Shown: positions 1 to 10,100 of the stretch, piece after piece
Numbering within the stretch: position 1 is the first letter of the stretch
Layout: every line of letters begins with the position of its first letter
Source: a virus
IMG/VR virus record: IMGVR_UViG_3300020165_000003
Strand: one strand, 5' to 3'
DNA: 40,162 nucleotides
The notes under the pieces: model-generated
Told to the model about the DNA's origin: nothing
What the model saw: only the letters and a program-made list of their open reading frames with translations
The model's database searches: none
Made by a program: the position numbers and the translations under genes

Positions 1-127
1 TGATTCATTTTTCTATCTAGAAATGGTATTCTAATTAATATCTCTGTAGAGATAACACCAAGGCCATTACTAGTTGCTTTTGTTTCCGTGAAATTAGTTA
101 CGGAATCTTTGTTGTTGTGCTCAAATA
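1..127. repeat. Terminal direct repeat, left copy (identical to 40036..40162)
   Basis: tgattcatttttctatctag...gttgtgctcaaata read at both window ends; exact 127-nt identity by direct comparison. Confidence 0.97.
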
Positions 128-293
128 CAACGTGATCAGTTAATTGAGCTTGAGTTATAATCGTTTCATCCGTAGCGTCAAACACCATATCTAAATCTTT
201 CTGAAGACCTAATACTACTTTTGTGATTCCACCAACATTTTTGTTGCAGTTAATGTCTAAATCCTCAAGTAAAATACTACAGCTAAAACTCAT
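1..293 (-). CDS. N-terminal 95 codons of a 169-aa wrap-around virion protein (continues 40035->39819 on the circle); paralog of 363..992 product
   Basis: ATG at 293. Hand translation MSFSCSILLEDLDINCNKNVGGITKVVLGLQKDL...ILIRIPFLDRK has no stop down to base 1. In frame (285 nt) with the Met at base 8 = 40043. Confidence 0.6.
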   Translation of the reverse strand, partial: MSFSCSILLEDLDINCNKNVGGITKVVLGLQKDLDMVFDATDETIITQAQLTDHVVFEHNNKDSVTNFTETKATSNGLGVISTEILIRIPFLDRKMN

Positions 294-304
294 ATTATAT
301 GTAT

Positions 305-335
305 AAAAAAAGGGGAGGGGTATTAGTCCCTCCCC
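305..335 (-). terminator. Intrinsic terminator-like hairpin (minus strand) after the 209-aa gene
   Basis: Stem GGGGAGGG (312-319) / CCCTCCCC (328-335), 8-nt loop. A-run 305-311 gives a T-run on the minus strand. Confidence 0.6.
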
Positions 336-341
336 CTTGTG

Positions 342-353
342 TTAATTTACAAG
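342..353 (-). promoter_or_regulatory. Late-motif copy CTTGTAAATTAA (1 mismatch to ATTGTAAATTAA)
   Basis: Revcomp of ttaatttacaag. Between stop of 363..992 and start at 293, upstream of the hairpin. Confidence 0.4.
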
Positions 354-362
354 ATTCTGTTA

Positions 363-992
363 TTATGCAACAGAAGAAGTAATGTCTTCCCACTGCTCGG
401 CAGTAAGGCTGTAAGCCAAAGAATCCTCATCACCTGTTAGGGTAATTTGGAAACGGTTTTTCTCACTACGACCAGAACCTGATGTTCCGTCAATTGTAGC
501 AGCATACATTCCGTAATCGAAGCCTAGCATATGGTAAGTACCAGCAGCAGTTTCTACGAAAGCAACCAATTCAGAACCGCCAGAAGCAAGAGCGTTCAAA
601 GCGTTACGGTGAGCCAAAGACATAGAAGGAACTTCTACAGCTACAGTAGGTACACTAGATACGATACCATCAGCAGTTACAGTCTTAACATCTGTAAAGA
701 CAGAGAACCCATCTTTCAAGTTAAAGTTGATTTGAGCTGAGTGCGGATTGGTTCCGTCACCAATTGTTCCTAAGATGCTGTTATCGTCACCAGTAGCTGT
801 TATACTAGAATCTTGAGTTACAGTTACGGCATCACCAGAAACAGAAATAGGAACCCACGCAGCTGGGGGGGTAGCCCCATCAGTGTTGGCGATTAATTTT
901 GAGCGATTAGCAACGTAAACAGACTTTAGTCCACCAATACCTAAATCAGTACAGTCGTATGTTACGTCAGCAAGAGATAATTCACAAGCCAT
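363..992 (-). CDS. Abundant virion structural protein, possible major tail (tube) protein; 209 aa
   Basis: Directly downstream of capsid gene and flanked by GC-rich hairpins. N-terminus (DCTDLGIGGLKSVYV) and C-terminus (SGSGRSEKNRFQITL) resemble the 169-aa wrap-around ORF. No family recognised. Confidence 0.4.
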   Translation of the reverse strand: MACELSLADVTYDCTDLGIGGLKSVYVANRSKLIANTDGATPPAAWVPISVSGDAVTVTQDSSITATGDDNSILGTIGDGTNPHSAQINFNLKDGFSVFTDVKTVTADGIVSSVPTVAVEVPSMSLAHRNALNALASGGSELVAFVETAAGTYHMLGFDYGMYAATIDGTSGSGRSEKNRFQITLTGDEDSLAYSLTAEQWEDITSSVA

Positions 993-1017
993 TTTATTTT
1001 TATTTTTAAGGTTAAAG

Positions 1018-1037
1018 GGAGGGGACTAAGCCCCTCC
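1018..1037 (-). terminator. Hairpin after the capsid gene (attenuator or RNA-stabilising stem)
   Basis: GGAGGGG (1018-1024) / CCCCTCC (1031-1037), 6-nt loop. Weak T-run on the minus strand. Preceded by degenerate TAATTAAATTAA. Confidence 0.4.
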
Positions 1038-1047
1038 ATTAATTTAA

Positions 1048-1938
1048 TTATACTTGAGCGTAAACGATTTCCTCGCCTTTCAAGTAAGAAAAACCTAACT
1101 TAAACTGTCCCCAGATTTTGTCGCTTGACAACTCAGCTTCGTACTTCATGTCGATAGCTTTTACATCATTGTAGTCATCAGTCAACATAACCAAGTTTTG
1201 TGGAGCAGAGATAAAGAAAGAATCATTAGCGATAGAAGCCATGTGGATAACTTCCATTCCGTAGTACGGAGGGATGTTACCTTCGATGATACCTTCTGGA
1301 GTAGTAGTGAATTTCTCAGCAATAGCAATTTGATACTTTTGCAAGTTAACAGTGTTCATAAAGAACGCTGGTTTGAAATCACGATCAGCGTCTCCGTAGA
1401 TAGCAGCCAACATATCAGCACTCATTGTTCCGTAAGCAGCCTCCATTTGATCAAGGATGTTAGCAGAAGTTAAGCCACCAGCTGGAATAGTATGGTCAAG
1501 AACAGCAGCGTCATTACCTAATTCTAATTCAATTTCGCTACCAGCAAGAGTCAATGCTTTCTCAGCAGCTAATTTAGAGAAGTAGTCAAATACCCAATCC
1601 TTGAACTCAGCGTCCATAGTCTCTGGGTTGTGCTGACCTTTCTTCAATAGAAGTCCACGGTAAGATGCTTCAAGCACGTTCTTACAGTTTAAGAAAGCCC
1701 ACTTGTAAGTGTCAACAGTCATTTCTTTTTCTGCAATAGAAGCAGAAGAAGCTGGTGTGAACACACATAGGTCTGTACCAAACGTCAAAGATGCGTCAAA
1801 AATAGGTACGTTTACTTTGGCTTTTACGCCATCGATTAAGCGGAAACGGTTTAAAACCGCTGCGCTTTTAACCATAGAGTCGATAAACAGATTTTGTCTG
1901 CGGTCACCATATGGTAAAGATGCAATAGATACACTCAT
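1048..1938 (-). CDS. Major capsid protein (HK97-fold type inferred), 296 aa
   Basis: Follows the protease/scaffold gene, with typical size and composition. Strong hairpin downstream, late motif 30 nt upstream. Confidence 0.7.
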   Translation of the reverse strand: MSVSIASLPYGDRRQNLFIDSMVKSAAVLNRFRLIDGVKAKVNVPIFDASLTFGTDLCVFTPASSASIAEKEMTVDTYKWAFLNCKNVLEASYRGLLLKKGQHNPETMDAEFKDWVFDYFSKLAAEKALTLAGSEIELELGNDAAVLDHTIPAGGLTSANILDQMEAAYGTMSADMLAAIYGDADRDFKPAFFMNTVNLQKYQIAIAEKFTTTPEGIIEGNIPPYYGMEVIHMASIANDSFFISAPQNLVMLTDDYNDVKAIDMKYEAELSSDKIWGQFKLGFSYLKGEEIVYAQV

Positions 1939-1968
1939 TTTATTTAAATTTAAAGAGTTACGTTTTTA

Positions 1969-1980
1969 TTAATTTACAAT
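1969..1980 (-). promoter_or_regulatory. Late-motif copy ATTGTAAATTAA (exact), 30 nt upstream of the capsid ATG
   Basis: Revcomp of ttaatttacaat. Starts immediately after the stop of 1981..3042. Confidence 0.5.
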
Positions 1981-3042
1981 TTACTTGAAACGATTGAAGA
2001 AATCATTTACCATGTTTACTTTCTCAGCTGTAATAGCATTGAAAACCACAGTTTTGTCTTCTACTGTTTCTTCCGCTTCCTCTGCTTTTTGTTCGGCAGC
2101 AAAAGCTTCTTCGACTTCAGACTGAGTTACTTCTTCCTCAACGGCTTCGTACTCTTTCTCTTCGTCTTTTTCTTCAGAAAGGTCTGTGGCTGAGGTTACA
2201 GGAGCAATGTACTTCTCTTTCTTTTCAACCATTTCCTCTTCTTTCTCTTCCTTCTCTTCCTCGTGCTTCTCCTCTTCTTCTTTTTCTTCTTCGTGAGTAT
2301 CAGCCATTGCAGAGATGTGCTTTTGAATCATTTCGACAGCAGACTTTAGGTCTTCAACGCCAGCGAACTTTTCTTCAAAAGAGGTCAACACTTCTAGAAG
2401 AGTAGCATTCTCCTCTTCTAAAGCGACAATCTTAGCCTCAAACTTAGCAGCTGAAGCCTCTTGTTGAGCCTCCATCTTGCCTAGTTCTTTAGCAAAATTA
2501 AATTCGTTCATGTGTTCTTCTTTTATTACGGGTTTAATATCAGCTTGAATTTCGATAGAGAAGCCATTTACTTCCCCTTCTTTAATCGCACTAAACAATT
2601 CGTCAGACTCAATCTTAGCCTTAACGAATACGGTTCCGTTTGGAAGGTCATAACCATAGTCAGTTGACTTATCGTTATTAGACTCTTTCATCCAAACTTC
2701 AAGCATCACCACTTCGCTTGTATCGTACTCATGGTGGATGCCAAATTGGTTAAACAAACCTTTCTTGGAATAGTTATACATAATGTCACGGATAGTTTCT
2801 TCCGTGAATCTAACGTAGTAATAACCATTCTCTAGCGAGTGACGTAAGATTTGTTTGTTAGGGATCATAATCGGCCCAACAACCTCTTTCTTCTCGTCAT
2901 TAGCAAACATCTCTACCACCTCAGTTTTATCGAAGTAGATGAAGTTTTCTTCTATCGCAGGTTTGTCCACAAGAGAAATTTTGTACATACCTTGTTCAAA
3001 ATCCTCAAGTGTAATATCGTATAATGGTAAATCTTTATCCAT
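1981..3042 (-). CDS. Prohead protease (XkdF / Peptidase_S78_2-like) fused to an acidic coiled-coil scaffold domain
   Basis: N-terminus ..YKISLVDKPAIEENFIYF..VGPIMIPNKQILR.. matches my recollection of XkdF-type proteins. C-terminal half is E/K-rich low complexity (EEEKEEEEKHEEEKEEKEEE). Sits upstream of the capsid gene. Confidence 0.65.
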   Translation of the reverse strand: MDKDLPLYDITLEDFEQGMYKISLVDKPAIEENFIYFDKTEVVEMFANDEKKEVVGPIMIPNKQILRHSLENGYYYVRFTEETIRDIMYNYSKKGLFNQFGIHHEYDTSEVVMLEVWMKESNNDKSTDYGYDLPNGTVFVKAKIESDELFSAIKEGEVNGFSIEIQADIKPVIKEEHMNEFNFAKELGKMEAQQEASAAKFEAKIVALEEENATLLEVLTSFEEKFAGVEDLKSAVEMIQKHISAMADTHEEEKEEEEKHEEEKEEKEEEMVEKKEKYIAPVTSATDLSEEKDEEKEYEAVEEEVTQSEVEEAFAAEQKAEEAEETVEDKTVVFNAITAEKVNMVNDFFNRFK

Positions 3043-3811
3043 TTTTTTTAGCTTTTTTATGCCACTTTGGTAGCAAGTCGTTATCCTGGGTGTACTTAGG
3101 ATTAGAAGGGTTTCCGTTCTTAACTAAATACATAAAGGCGTTTAGTCTAGCAAGTCCCCATTGTGCAGCACTTGTGACCTTTGGGGAGTGCCCTGTGTTA
3201 TATGCACCCATACCACGAAGTACAACACGCTTTGCAGCTCCGACACCAATCTTTTTATCGGGGTACTTTTCATTATACTTGCTTACCTTATTGGTTATAG
3301 ACTTAATAATCTTTGGAGATAGTTTACCACCTTTACCAACACCTTTAGGATTCTTTTCAGGAGTGCTACTCTTAGGAGCTTTGGGAGACTTTTTAATCGA
3401 GCCATCCTTGCCTTGCGTAGCATAGTCATCTTTTCTCTTACGATCACCGTAGGGGAGATCAGGGATTCCAACACTAGCTCTGACTGTTCCTTTTCTAATT
3501 GCTTCCGCTTTTTTAATAGCCCAATTAACTCCGGAAGTTCCTCCCCAGCCGAGCCAAGCAACATATCCATTGTCCTTCCAAGGCGTTGACTTATACTTTG
3601 GGTCAATCGCTGCATTTTTTCTATGGCGGTTAAACGCAGCCATACGAGCAATAGTTTCATAGCTTAGTTTTCTTTTTGATGCTAATTGATTGGCACGAGT
3701 CCAGCCAACAGATGTCATTCCCTTTACTTCCTTTCCATACTTCTTTTTCCACTCAAGAACTTTCTTAGCGTTGTTAGATGCAGATGAAGGATAGTCGTTG
3801 TAAGTAGCCAT
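3035..3811 (-). CDS. Two-domain lysine-rich virion-associated protein of unknown function, 258 aa
   Basis: N-terminal block WTRANQLASKRKLSYETIARMAAFNRH..GYVAWLGWGG and C-terminal block RGMGAYNTGHSPKVTSAAQWGLARLNAF, joined by a K/P-rich linker. I have seen both blocks in phage proteins but cannot name the families. Confidence 0.35.
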   Translation of the reverse strand: MATYNDYPSSASNNAKKVLEWKKKYGKEVKGMTSVGWTRANQLASKRKLSYETIARMAAFNRHRKNAAIDPKYKSTPWKDNGYVAWLGWGGTSGVNWAIKKAEAIRKGTVRASVGIPDLPYGDRKRKDDYATQGKDGSIKKSPKAPKSSTPEKNPKGVGKGGKLSPKIIKSITNKVSKYNEKYPDKKIGVGAAKRVVLRGMGAYNTGHSPKVTSAAQWGLARLNAFMYLVKNGNPSNPKYTQDNDLLPKWHKKAKKNG

Positions 3812-3815
3812 ATAA

Positions 3816-3827
3816 ATAATTTACAAT
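3816..3827 (-). promoter_or_regulatory. Late-motif copy ATTGTAAATTAT (1 mismatch), 4 nt upstream of ATG 3811
   Basis: Revcomp of ataatttacaat. Overlaps the TAA stop of 3827..6544 by 1 nt. Confidence 0.4.
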
Positions 3828-6544
3828 TATTCTATAATACCCTTAACATCTAGGTAAGTATACTTTTCAAACACCTCTCCAGAAACGGATTTTATTAAAA
3901 CCTTTTGATTATTTATATAAGATAAAGTAGATTTATTTAGCATGAAAGAAACATTGTCTACCTCATGCGTTAAAACAACCATCGAAAACTCAACCCCTAC
4001 AGAGCTTTTAGCCTTGACAAATTCTGCTGATGAAATTAAATCGTAGTAATCCGTAGTTGTACCAACCTCATCTTCAGCCAAAAGATTAAAACCAGCAGAA
4101 CTAACGTGTGATAGCTCGCCATTAAAAACATGATTAGGCTGTTCCACAAGTGTTCCGTCAGCAAACATTGTCCTATATATTCTTTGAGTAGTGGTGTTTA
4201 GGTTAGCCCTAGATATATAAGTTATACAGAAAGGAACAAGTATATTTGTTTCATTTGAAGGCGGATTTAGATAAGCAAATCTAGTTCCCATTTCGCTTAC
4301 AATAGGAGGTACGTTTCTAACCACTCCCGCTTGCTCCTCGCTTATAATTCCTTGAACAACATTCTCTCCAGACTCAAAATAAACATCCCCGCAAAGAGAT
4401 TTAAAGAATACAGAAGATTCTAGTTTTATTTCTAAATCGTCTACACCGTCAGTATTTAACTCTTGTATTGTCGATCCTATGGTTCTACCGTTATCATCTT
4501 CATCATCAAAGAAAAGTCCAAAGTCTTCGTTAGAAACAGATAAGTTTTTATACAGGTCTTTTGGTCTAAATATTTTTATGGATTTTAAGTCATCTACAGA
4601 ATCATCTATAGAAACAGTTGATGTCCTTAATAAATGAATAGGATCGATTATAAGGTTATGAAACGAACCATCAAATTCATAGAACAACCCACACGCAAAT
4701 CTCTTACATATTTTAGAGAGTAGTTCTTGTGGGCCAAATTCTACAGTGTTATTTAGAGAGTCTTTAATTATATACTCATCACTAGGAAAATAAGGTATAA
4801 AGTCTTTATTAGCCTTGCACTCAATATTCAGAGTAGTTCCAGCCATTTCAGTAACAACCTTGCGTAAGTCGTTTACACCATATATTGCGTTAGCAGAAGC
4901 ATTCGACCTAAAGTGATTTAGATTGATCACGTTATTTACGATATTCCCACTTGCGTTAACAGGGGCGAAAGCAGTAATTGTTTCCGCAAAAATAGAACCA
5001 GAGATTGGCTCAACAAACAAGTTAAATCCATATCTACTATCACCAAAGAATGTAGTTTCTAAAAATTCATTTTCTGGTAAATACAAGTCTTCACTACTCC
5101 ACTGCAAAGCATCTGAGTAATCTAGCTGTCTAGTAGAATCAAGTATCGCTGGTTTTTCCTGGCTTAACAAACCGAATAGCGCAGTGTATTTAATTGAATG
5201 GTCTGGCCCTAACGCATTAGTAAAGACTGGAGTTGACTTCTCTGAATCGCCAGCTACGGCTGTCGCATCTTGAGCCGCTAATACAATAGGCGCACCGTTG
5301 GAGTCTTCTAATCTTATTCTTTTCTTAGGATATCCATCTTCATACAAATCCATGTATACAGCAAACTTCATGTCTGTATTACCATTCTGAGGGAACAGCT
5401 TATAAACGAAACGATCCTCTTTTAACGTGGGTATGTTTAATGTTATGTTCCCGCTAGGGTTTGAATCATTACCATTAAACCATTGTATCCTTCCGTCAAA
5501 ACTAATGTTGGGACAAAAGTATCCGGCTTCGCCCTGAGTGTCCTCCCCAAAGAAAGCGTTTAGTGCTCTCTTAATCCCGAACTTCTGATAAGTTGTGCTA
5601 GGCGTTGACGAGAAGTTTCCAAAAGAAGCGTAACTACCAAAGTAATTTGTAGAGTGAACTTTATTATTCCCGTCAATATCCGTCTCTGAACTTAAAGATT
5701 CATTTCTACCAGACTGACGGGATGCTCTTAACAAAGAAAACTTTCTAGTATTTACATCTTGCTTGGCTTGAAGGTTACCAGGAAGAACAACTTGTAGTTT
5801 TTCTGATTCAAAGTCTGGAATGGCTTCAGTTTCATTAATTCCAAAAAGCTTAGACTTTACACGAACAGGTATGCTTGAGGTGCTTAGGTAGGTTCCTATC
5901 TGCTTTAAATACTCTTTAACAGACAATGAAGGGATTATACCGGGGCGTTTAGTTCCAGATCCATATTCAGTGAACTGCCTCTTAGAAAATCCGTACTTTT
6001 CGACATCATTGTTTAAATCAATGTAGGGAAAGTTTACAATTCTGTTAACGTCTGGCTGAGTGCCAATTGTTCCCGCTTCCCCTCCGTTGGCGGTAGTGTC
6101 AAAGAAATCAGAAATCTCATGACGGGTTGTGTGAAATGAATCGGTAAGTATGTCTCCAATCTTTAAGTCTTTTAGTTCAGACATAAACCGAGACAAGAAG
6201 TCTTTTAACGATACGGTTATATAGGGTTCATCACTATTATACTCAAACTCCTCTACTTTAAGAATACCGTACAGCTCTGTTTGATCTGTATTATCTATAT
6301 ATATTCTATAGAAGTAATCCGACTTTGGATAGGAAGATACATCATCGGAAAGTGGATCGTAACCAAAAAACAATTTATTAGCAGATGATAAAGGTATTTT
6401 TATATCTGTGCTAAAAGGAAGCTTAACTTTAGTTATGTCTTTGTCATCATAAAACTCCGCATCATAATTTAAAACCTGATTCGGAAACAAGTCGATTTCA
6501 GTAAAGCTTACATTGTCCGTGCTTAAATGTAATGATAAATTCAT
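3827..6544 (-). CDS. Large distal tail / baseplate-hub (Tal-like) protein, 905 aa
   Basis: Third gene of the translationally coupled tape-measure trio (ATGA overlap at 6541-6544). Assigned from size and position only. Confidence 0.45.
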   Translation of the reverse strand: MNLSLHLSTDNVSFTEIDLFPNQVLNYDAEFYDDKDITKVKLPFSTDIKIPLSSANKLFFGYDPLSDDVSSYPKSDYFYRIYIDNTDQTELYGILKVEEFEYNSDEPYITVSLKDFLSRFMSELKDLKIGDILTDSFHTTRHEISDFFDTTANGGEAGTIGTQPDVNRIVNFPYIDLNNDVEKYGFSKRQFTEYGSGTKRPGIIPSLSVKEYLKQIGTYLSTSSIPVRVKSKLFGINETEAIPDFESEKLQVVLPGNLQAKQDVNTRKFSLLRASRQSGRNESLSSETDIDGNNKVHSTNYFGSYASFGNFSSTPSTTYQKFGIKRALNAFFGEDTQGEAGYFCPNISFDGRIQWFNGNDSNPSGNITLNIPTLKEDRFVYKLFPQNGNTDMKFAVYMDLYEDGYPKKRIRLEDSNGAPIVLAAQDATAVAGDSEKSTPVFTNALGPDHSIKYTALFGLLSQEKPAILDSTRQLDYSDALQWSSEDLYLPENEFLETTFFGDSRYGFNLFVEPISGSIFAETITAFAPVNASGNIVNNVINLNHFRSNASANAIYGVNDLRKVVTEMAGTTLNIECKANKDFIPYFPSDEYIIKDSLNNTVEFGPQELLSKICKRFACGLFYEFDGSFHNLIIDPIHLLRTSTVSIDDSVDDLKSIKIFRPKDLYKNLSVSNEDFGLFFDDEDDNGRTIGSTIQELNTDGVDDLEIKLESSVFFKSLCGDVYFESGENVVQGIISEEQAGVVRNVPPIVSEMGTRFAYLNPPSNETNILVPFCITYISRANLNTTTQRIYRTMFADGTLVEQPNHVFNGELSHVSSAGFNLLAEDEVGTTTDYYDLISSAEFVKAKSSVGVEFSMVVLTHEVDNVSFMLNKSTLSYINNQKVLIKSVSGEVFEKYTYLDVKGIIE

Positions 6545-7113
6545 CGTGTAGCTACGTTAAAAAGTATTTTTGTATTAAACACATTTTTTATTAAACCATA
6601 GTTATTGTCTCTCAAGGCAATACCATAGGCATAATCATTACAGAAGTCAGCAATGACCATCTTACCTTCATAGGCATAATCATCAAAGCTATCGAAAAAT
6701 CTTTTATTCTCTGCATTTATTGAAAGAGTAAAGTCTTTGGATGTAGAATATTTCTTGTACTCATTTGAAAACAAACCGTGTGCAACCTCTACGTTGAAAT
6801 CAATTTGAGATATTTTAGTGAACCCAGACGCTCTATAAACAGATGCGCCCAATACGTTAGCCGCTAAAACAGTAGCATCAAAAGGATATACGTTTGAATC
6901 AAATGTAAAGCTTGTACCGCTATCTCTAACTGCGGCTAAGAGATATATACCTTTTCTGAAATTACCAGATTTGTATCTAACGTGAACAATATCTTGGTCT
7001 TGAAACGAAAACGTAGAAGAAGGAAAGTCTATAGTCCCGTTATTCAAAAGTCTAATATTGCTGAAATTAGGGGCAAGTTCTTGAGCAATAACAGTTTTTA
7101 TTTCGTAACTCAT
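6541..7113 (-). CDS. Distal tail protein (Dit-like) candidate, 190 aa
   Basis: ATGA overlap with the tape measure stop (7110-7113) and with the 905-aa gene. Positional inference only. Confidence 0.35.
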   Translation of the reverse strand: MSYEIKTVIAQELAPNFSNIRLLNNGTIDFPSSTFSFQDQDIVHVRYKSGNFRKGIYLLAAVRDSGTSFTFDSNVYPFDATVLAANVLGASVYRASGFTKISQIDFNVEVAHGLFSNEYKKYSTSKDFTLSINAENKRFFDSFDDYAYEGKMVIADFCNDYAYGIALRDNNYGLIKNVFNTKILFNVATR

Positions 7114-10100
7114 ATTCTATCGTTTCTTTCTCTTAATCTTCTTGACGTTTCGTCAGTAGTTAAATCCTTAGAACTAACAAAAGCTCTGACAGGTTTCTTC
7201 ATGTCTGAAGCTGTAGACAATGTAGCATTTGCTATTGCCTTTAAGTAATTTACACTTTCTTTTTCAGAATCAGCCATAGGGATGTTTGCGGCCTTAGCTG
7301 TGTCTATCAATCCCCCCATAGCAAAGCTGTGTTGTGCTACACTAGTGTTTGGTTTAACAGAACCGTTTATTCTTTCAAGAAGACTTCTATGGAAAGCTGC
7401 CGCCTTTTTATTGACGATGAACTCTCCACCCTCCATCTCGTATCCACCTTGACCTTGAACGGTAAACGGAACTCCTCCTTCGCTGTGGCTAGGCCCATTT
7501 ACAATACCACCTTCTTCGAAGGTAGCTGGGAAGAACTTTCTTCTTCTTACTGCATCCGCTTTAGCAGCACCACCAGCAATTATTATTGCGTTACCAATAG
7601 CTGTTTGTACAGCAGCTTTTGGAGTAGGTGCGGTTGCAAAGTTTTTCAGCAAGTTACTAGCCACTGCTTCAGCAGTTTCTATACCTATGTTTATTAAATC
7701 ATTTTTTTTCTGAGCGTCAAATATTTTCTTTTGAATCTCGTTCTCTTCTTGAAGCTGCTTTTTTCTTAGCTCTTCTTTTTTAGTTCTAAATTGAGACTCG
7801 GTGATTAACTGATTGTCAAGCTGAGACTTTAATATTTGTTCTTCAGTCTTATATCTGCTTCTAATAGCATCAAGCTCTTGATTCAGCCTGTTTTGAGTAT
7901 TCTCTAACGCAGTAGCGTTATAAGCTTTTGCAGCATCCGTAAGTTCTGACAGAAGAAGGTTTAAAAGCTGATCCGTTTTTTCCTTGACCTTGCTTGGATC
8001 AACATCTAAGGTAGAAAGTATATAGTCTTCCAAAAGCTTTCTTTGCGATGAACTCAGGTCTTCCTCGCTTATACCAAACTTTTCAAACAAAGATGATAGT
8101 GAGTCCTTAACTTCTTGCTCTTGGGCTGGTGTAAGAGCAATCCCATTCTTTAATTGTTCTCCAAACTGCTCTCCAAAAGACTTAGCCAAACCTCTAGCTG
8201 CTGTCTCTAATTCTGGGAAGTCTATTTTAAGCTTTTGAGTTACAAGCTCAAATTGCTTTAACCTTTCCAAAGCCTTATCTAAAAGTCTTAAATCAAAACC
8301 TAAATCATCCCAAAGCTTTCTTTGATCAAGAAGCCCAGCTCTAGTTTCTTCTATGTAGCCATCTATAGTTTCTCTAGAGTTGTTTTGTATAACAAGTAAG
8401 GATTTCTGTAATTCTACTTGGTCTTTTATTAACTGTTTTTTCTTTTCTTCGTTTTTCTCACCTTCAATCTGGTTTTGAATAGTTTCAATTCTAAGCTTTA
8501 CTTCAGACTGACGAAGTTTCATCGCTTCCTTTTCACTAGCGATTTGATTTTGAAGGGTTCTAAATTCTAACTCATATTCCTTCTGAGCAAAAACAAACAT
8601 CTCTTTAGCTGTTCTCTCAATGTTTTGATAATTTGTTTTTTGCTGCTCTAAAGCCTCTAACTTAGCTTCCTCTACAGCAAGCTCCTCTTCACCATTCCAT
8701 CCTATATTGCTGTTTATTTCTTCTTTAAGGTCAGCAATAGCTTGCTCTTGCTCCGTTATTAGTTCGTTTACATCAAAAACTTTTTTCCTAGCATCAAATT
8801 CTAAAGCAGCGGCTTGTTCTAGAGTCAACAAGTCATCTTCTCTCAAGTCTCTCATTCTCTCTAGGTCATCCGCAAATCTTCCGGCTATAGTCTCTCTAGC
8901 GTCATCCATCAGTATCTGCTTGGCTAACTCTGCTATTTGACCGCCTACCTCATCGACAGCAGCACCCATACCTTCAAGAGTTTTAGTGTAATCAACAGTA
9001 ATTGTTCTAGCACCACCAGGGCCACTTCCAAAGGTAAATTCAACTTGCTCTCGGATTTCCTCTAACCTATCCTTGAGTTCGTTACGCTGTTTTTTAGTTG
9101 CTAATGATCCCCCTAAACTGTCAATTTTATTTTGAATATTTACAGCTTCTTCTGCTAAAGGATTGACTATACCATCTACTATTGCTCTTCTAGATACAAT
9201 CGCCAAGTCTTTTCCGTCTTCTATGTAGGCACTTAAAGTTAAATACCTGTTTATTTCTTTACGATTTATTTCTAGTTGGCCTAAGAAATCTCTAGCTTGC
9301 TTTGTTAAAGACTCACCAAACACTTCTGAATTAGCATTAGACAATGTTTCCATTGCCAATGTTGTTTGGTAACCTTCCTCATCGATAATTCTCAAGGCTG
9401 CTTTAACTAAGTCCGAGTCCTTTATAAAGTTACCTATGCTAATACCAACACGGTTTAATGCCGAGTTCAATAGCTGCATATTACCTTTAAAGGTATCTAT
9501 CTGTTGAGCCGCTGCAATGTTAGCCGCACCTACTTGATAGTATTTATCTTCTAAGTCACCTAACGCATCTACGTTTTCGATAAGAGATATCAACTGACCA
9601 GCGTTTCTCTTTCCAACTAGTTCAATCGCTTGTGCGAAAGAAATGTTTCTATCCGCCAACTGTTTAATTGCGCTTTCTAAATCACGACCAGATACCGAAA
9701 GCTCAGTGAATATACCACGAAGACCAGTACCAATACGAGATGCTGTAAACCCATTATCCGCCAATACAGCCATAGCAGAGGAAACTGTTTCGAAATCAGT
9801 ACCGACTTGAGCTGCTAATGGCCCAACATACTGAATAGCAGTACCAAAACCTTCAAACGATAGTGCAGAAGAGTTAATGGTAGATACGAGAATATCAGAT
9901 ATTTTTTCTGTCTCGTTAGCAGTTAAATTATACTGCTTTAATATCTGACCAATCTTTTGTGCTACTGGCGCAACACCCTCACCAAGTGCTTGTGCCGTCC
10001 TTGCAACACCCTCAGTAGCATTAACGATTTCTTGAGTGCTGAAACCAAGCTTACCAAGTTCTGTTTGTAGTTTTACAATTTCCTCAGAGGTAAATGTTGT

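Noticed and set aside
1-127. True physical direct terminal repeats (T7-like DTR)
   Set aside because: The repeat lies within an uninterrupted coding frame, so an assembly overlap is more likely. It cannot be excluded without read data.
3295-3660. Same-strand alternative-frame ORFs (3295..3660, 13380..13577, 15318..15518, 23316..23516, 28696..28935)
   Set aside because: Fully nested in, or overlapping, ORFs whose frames carry the recognisable motifs. No coupling signals.
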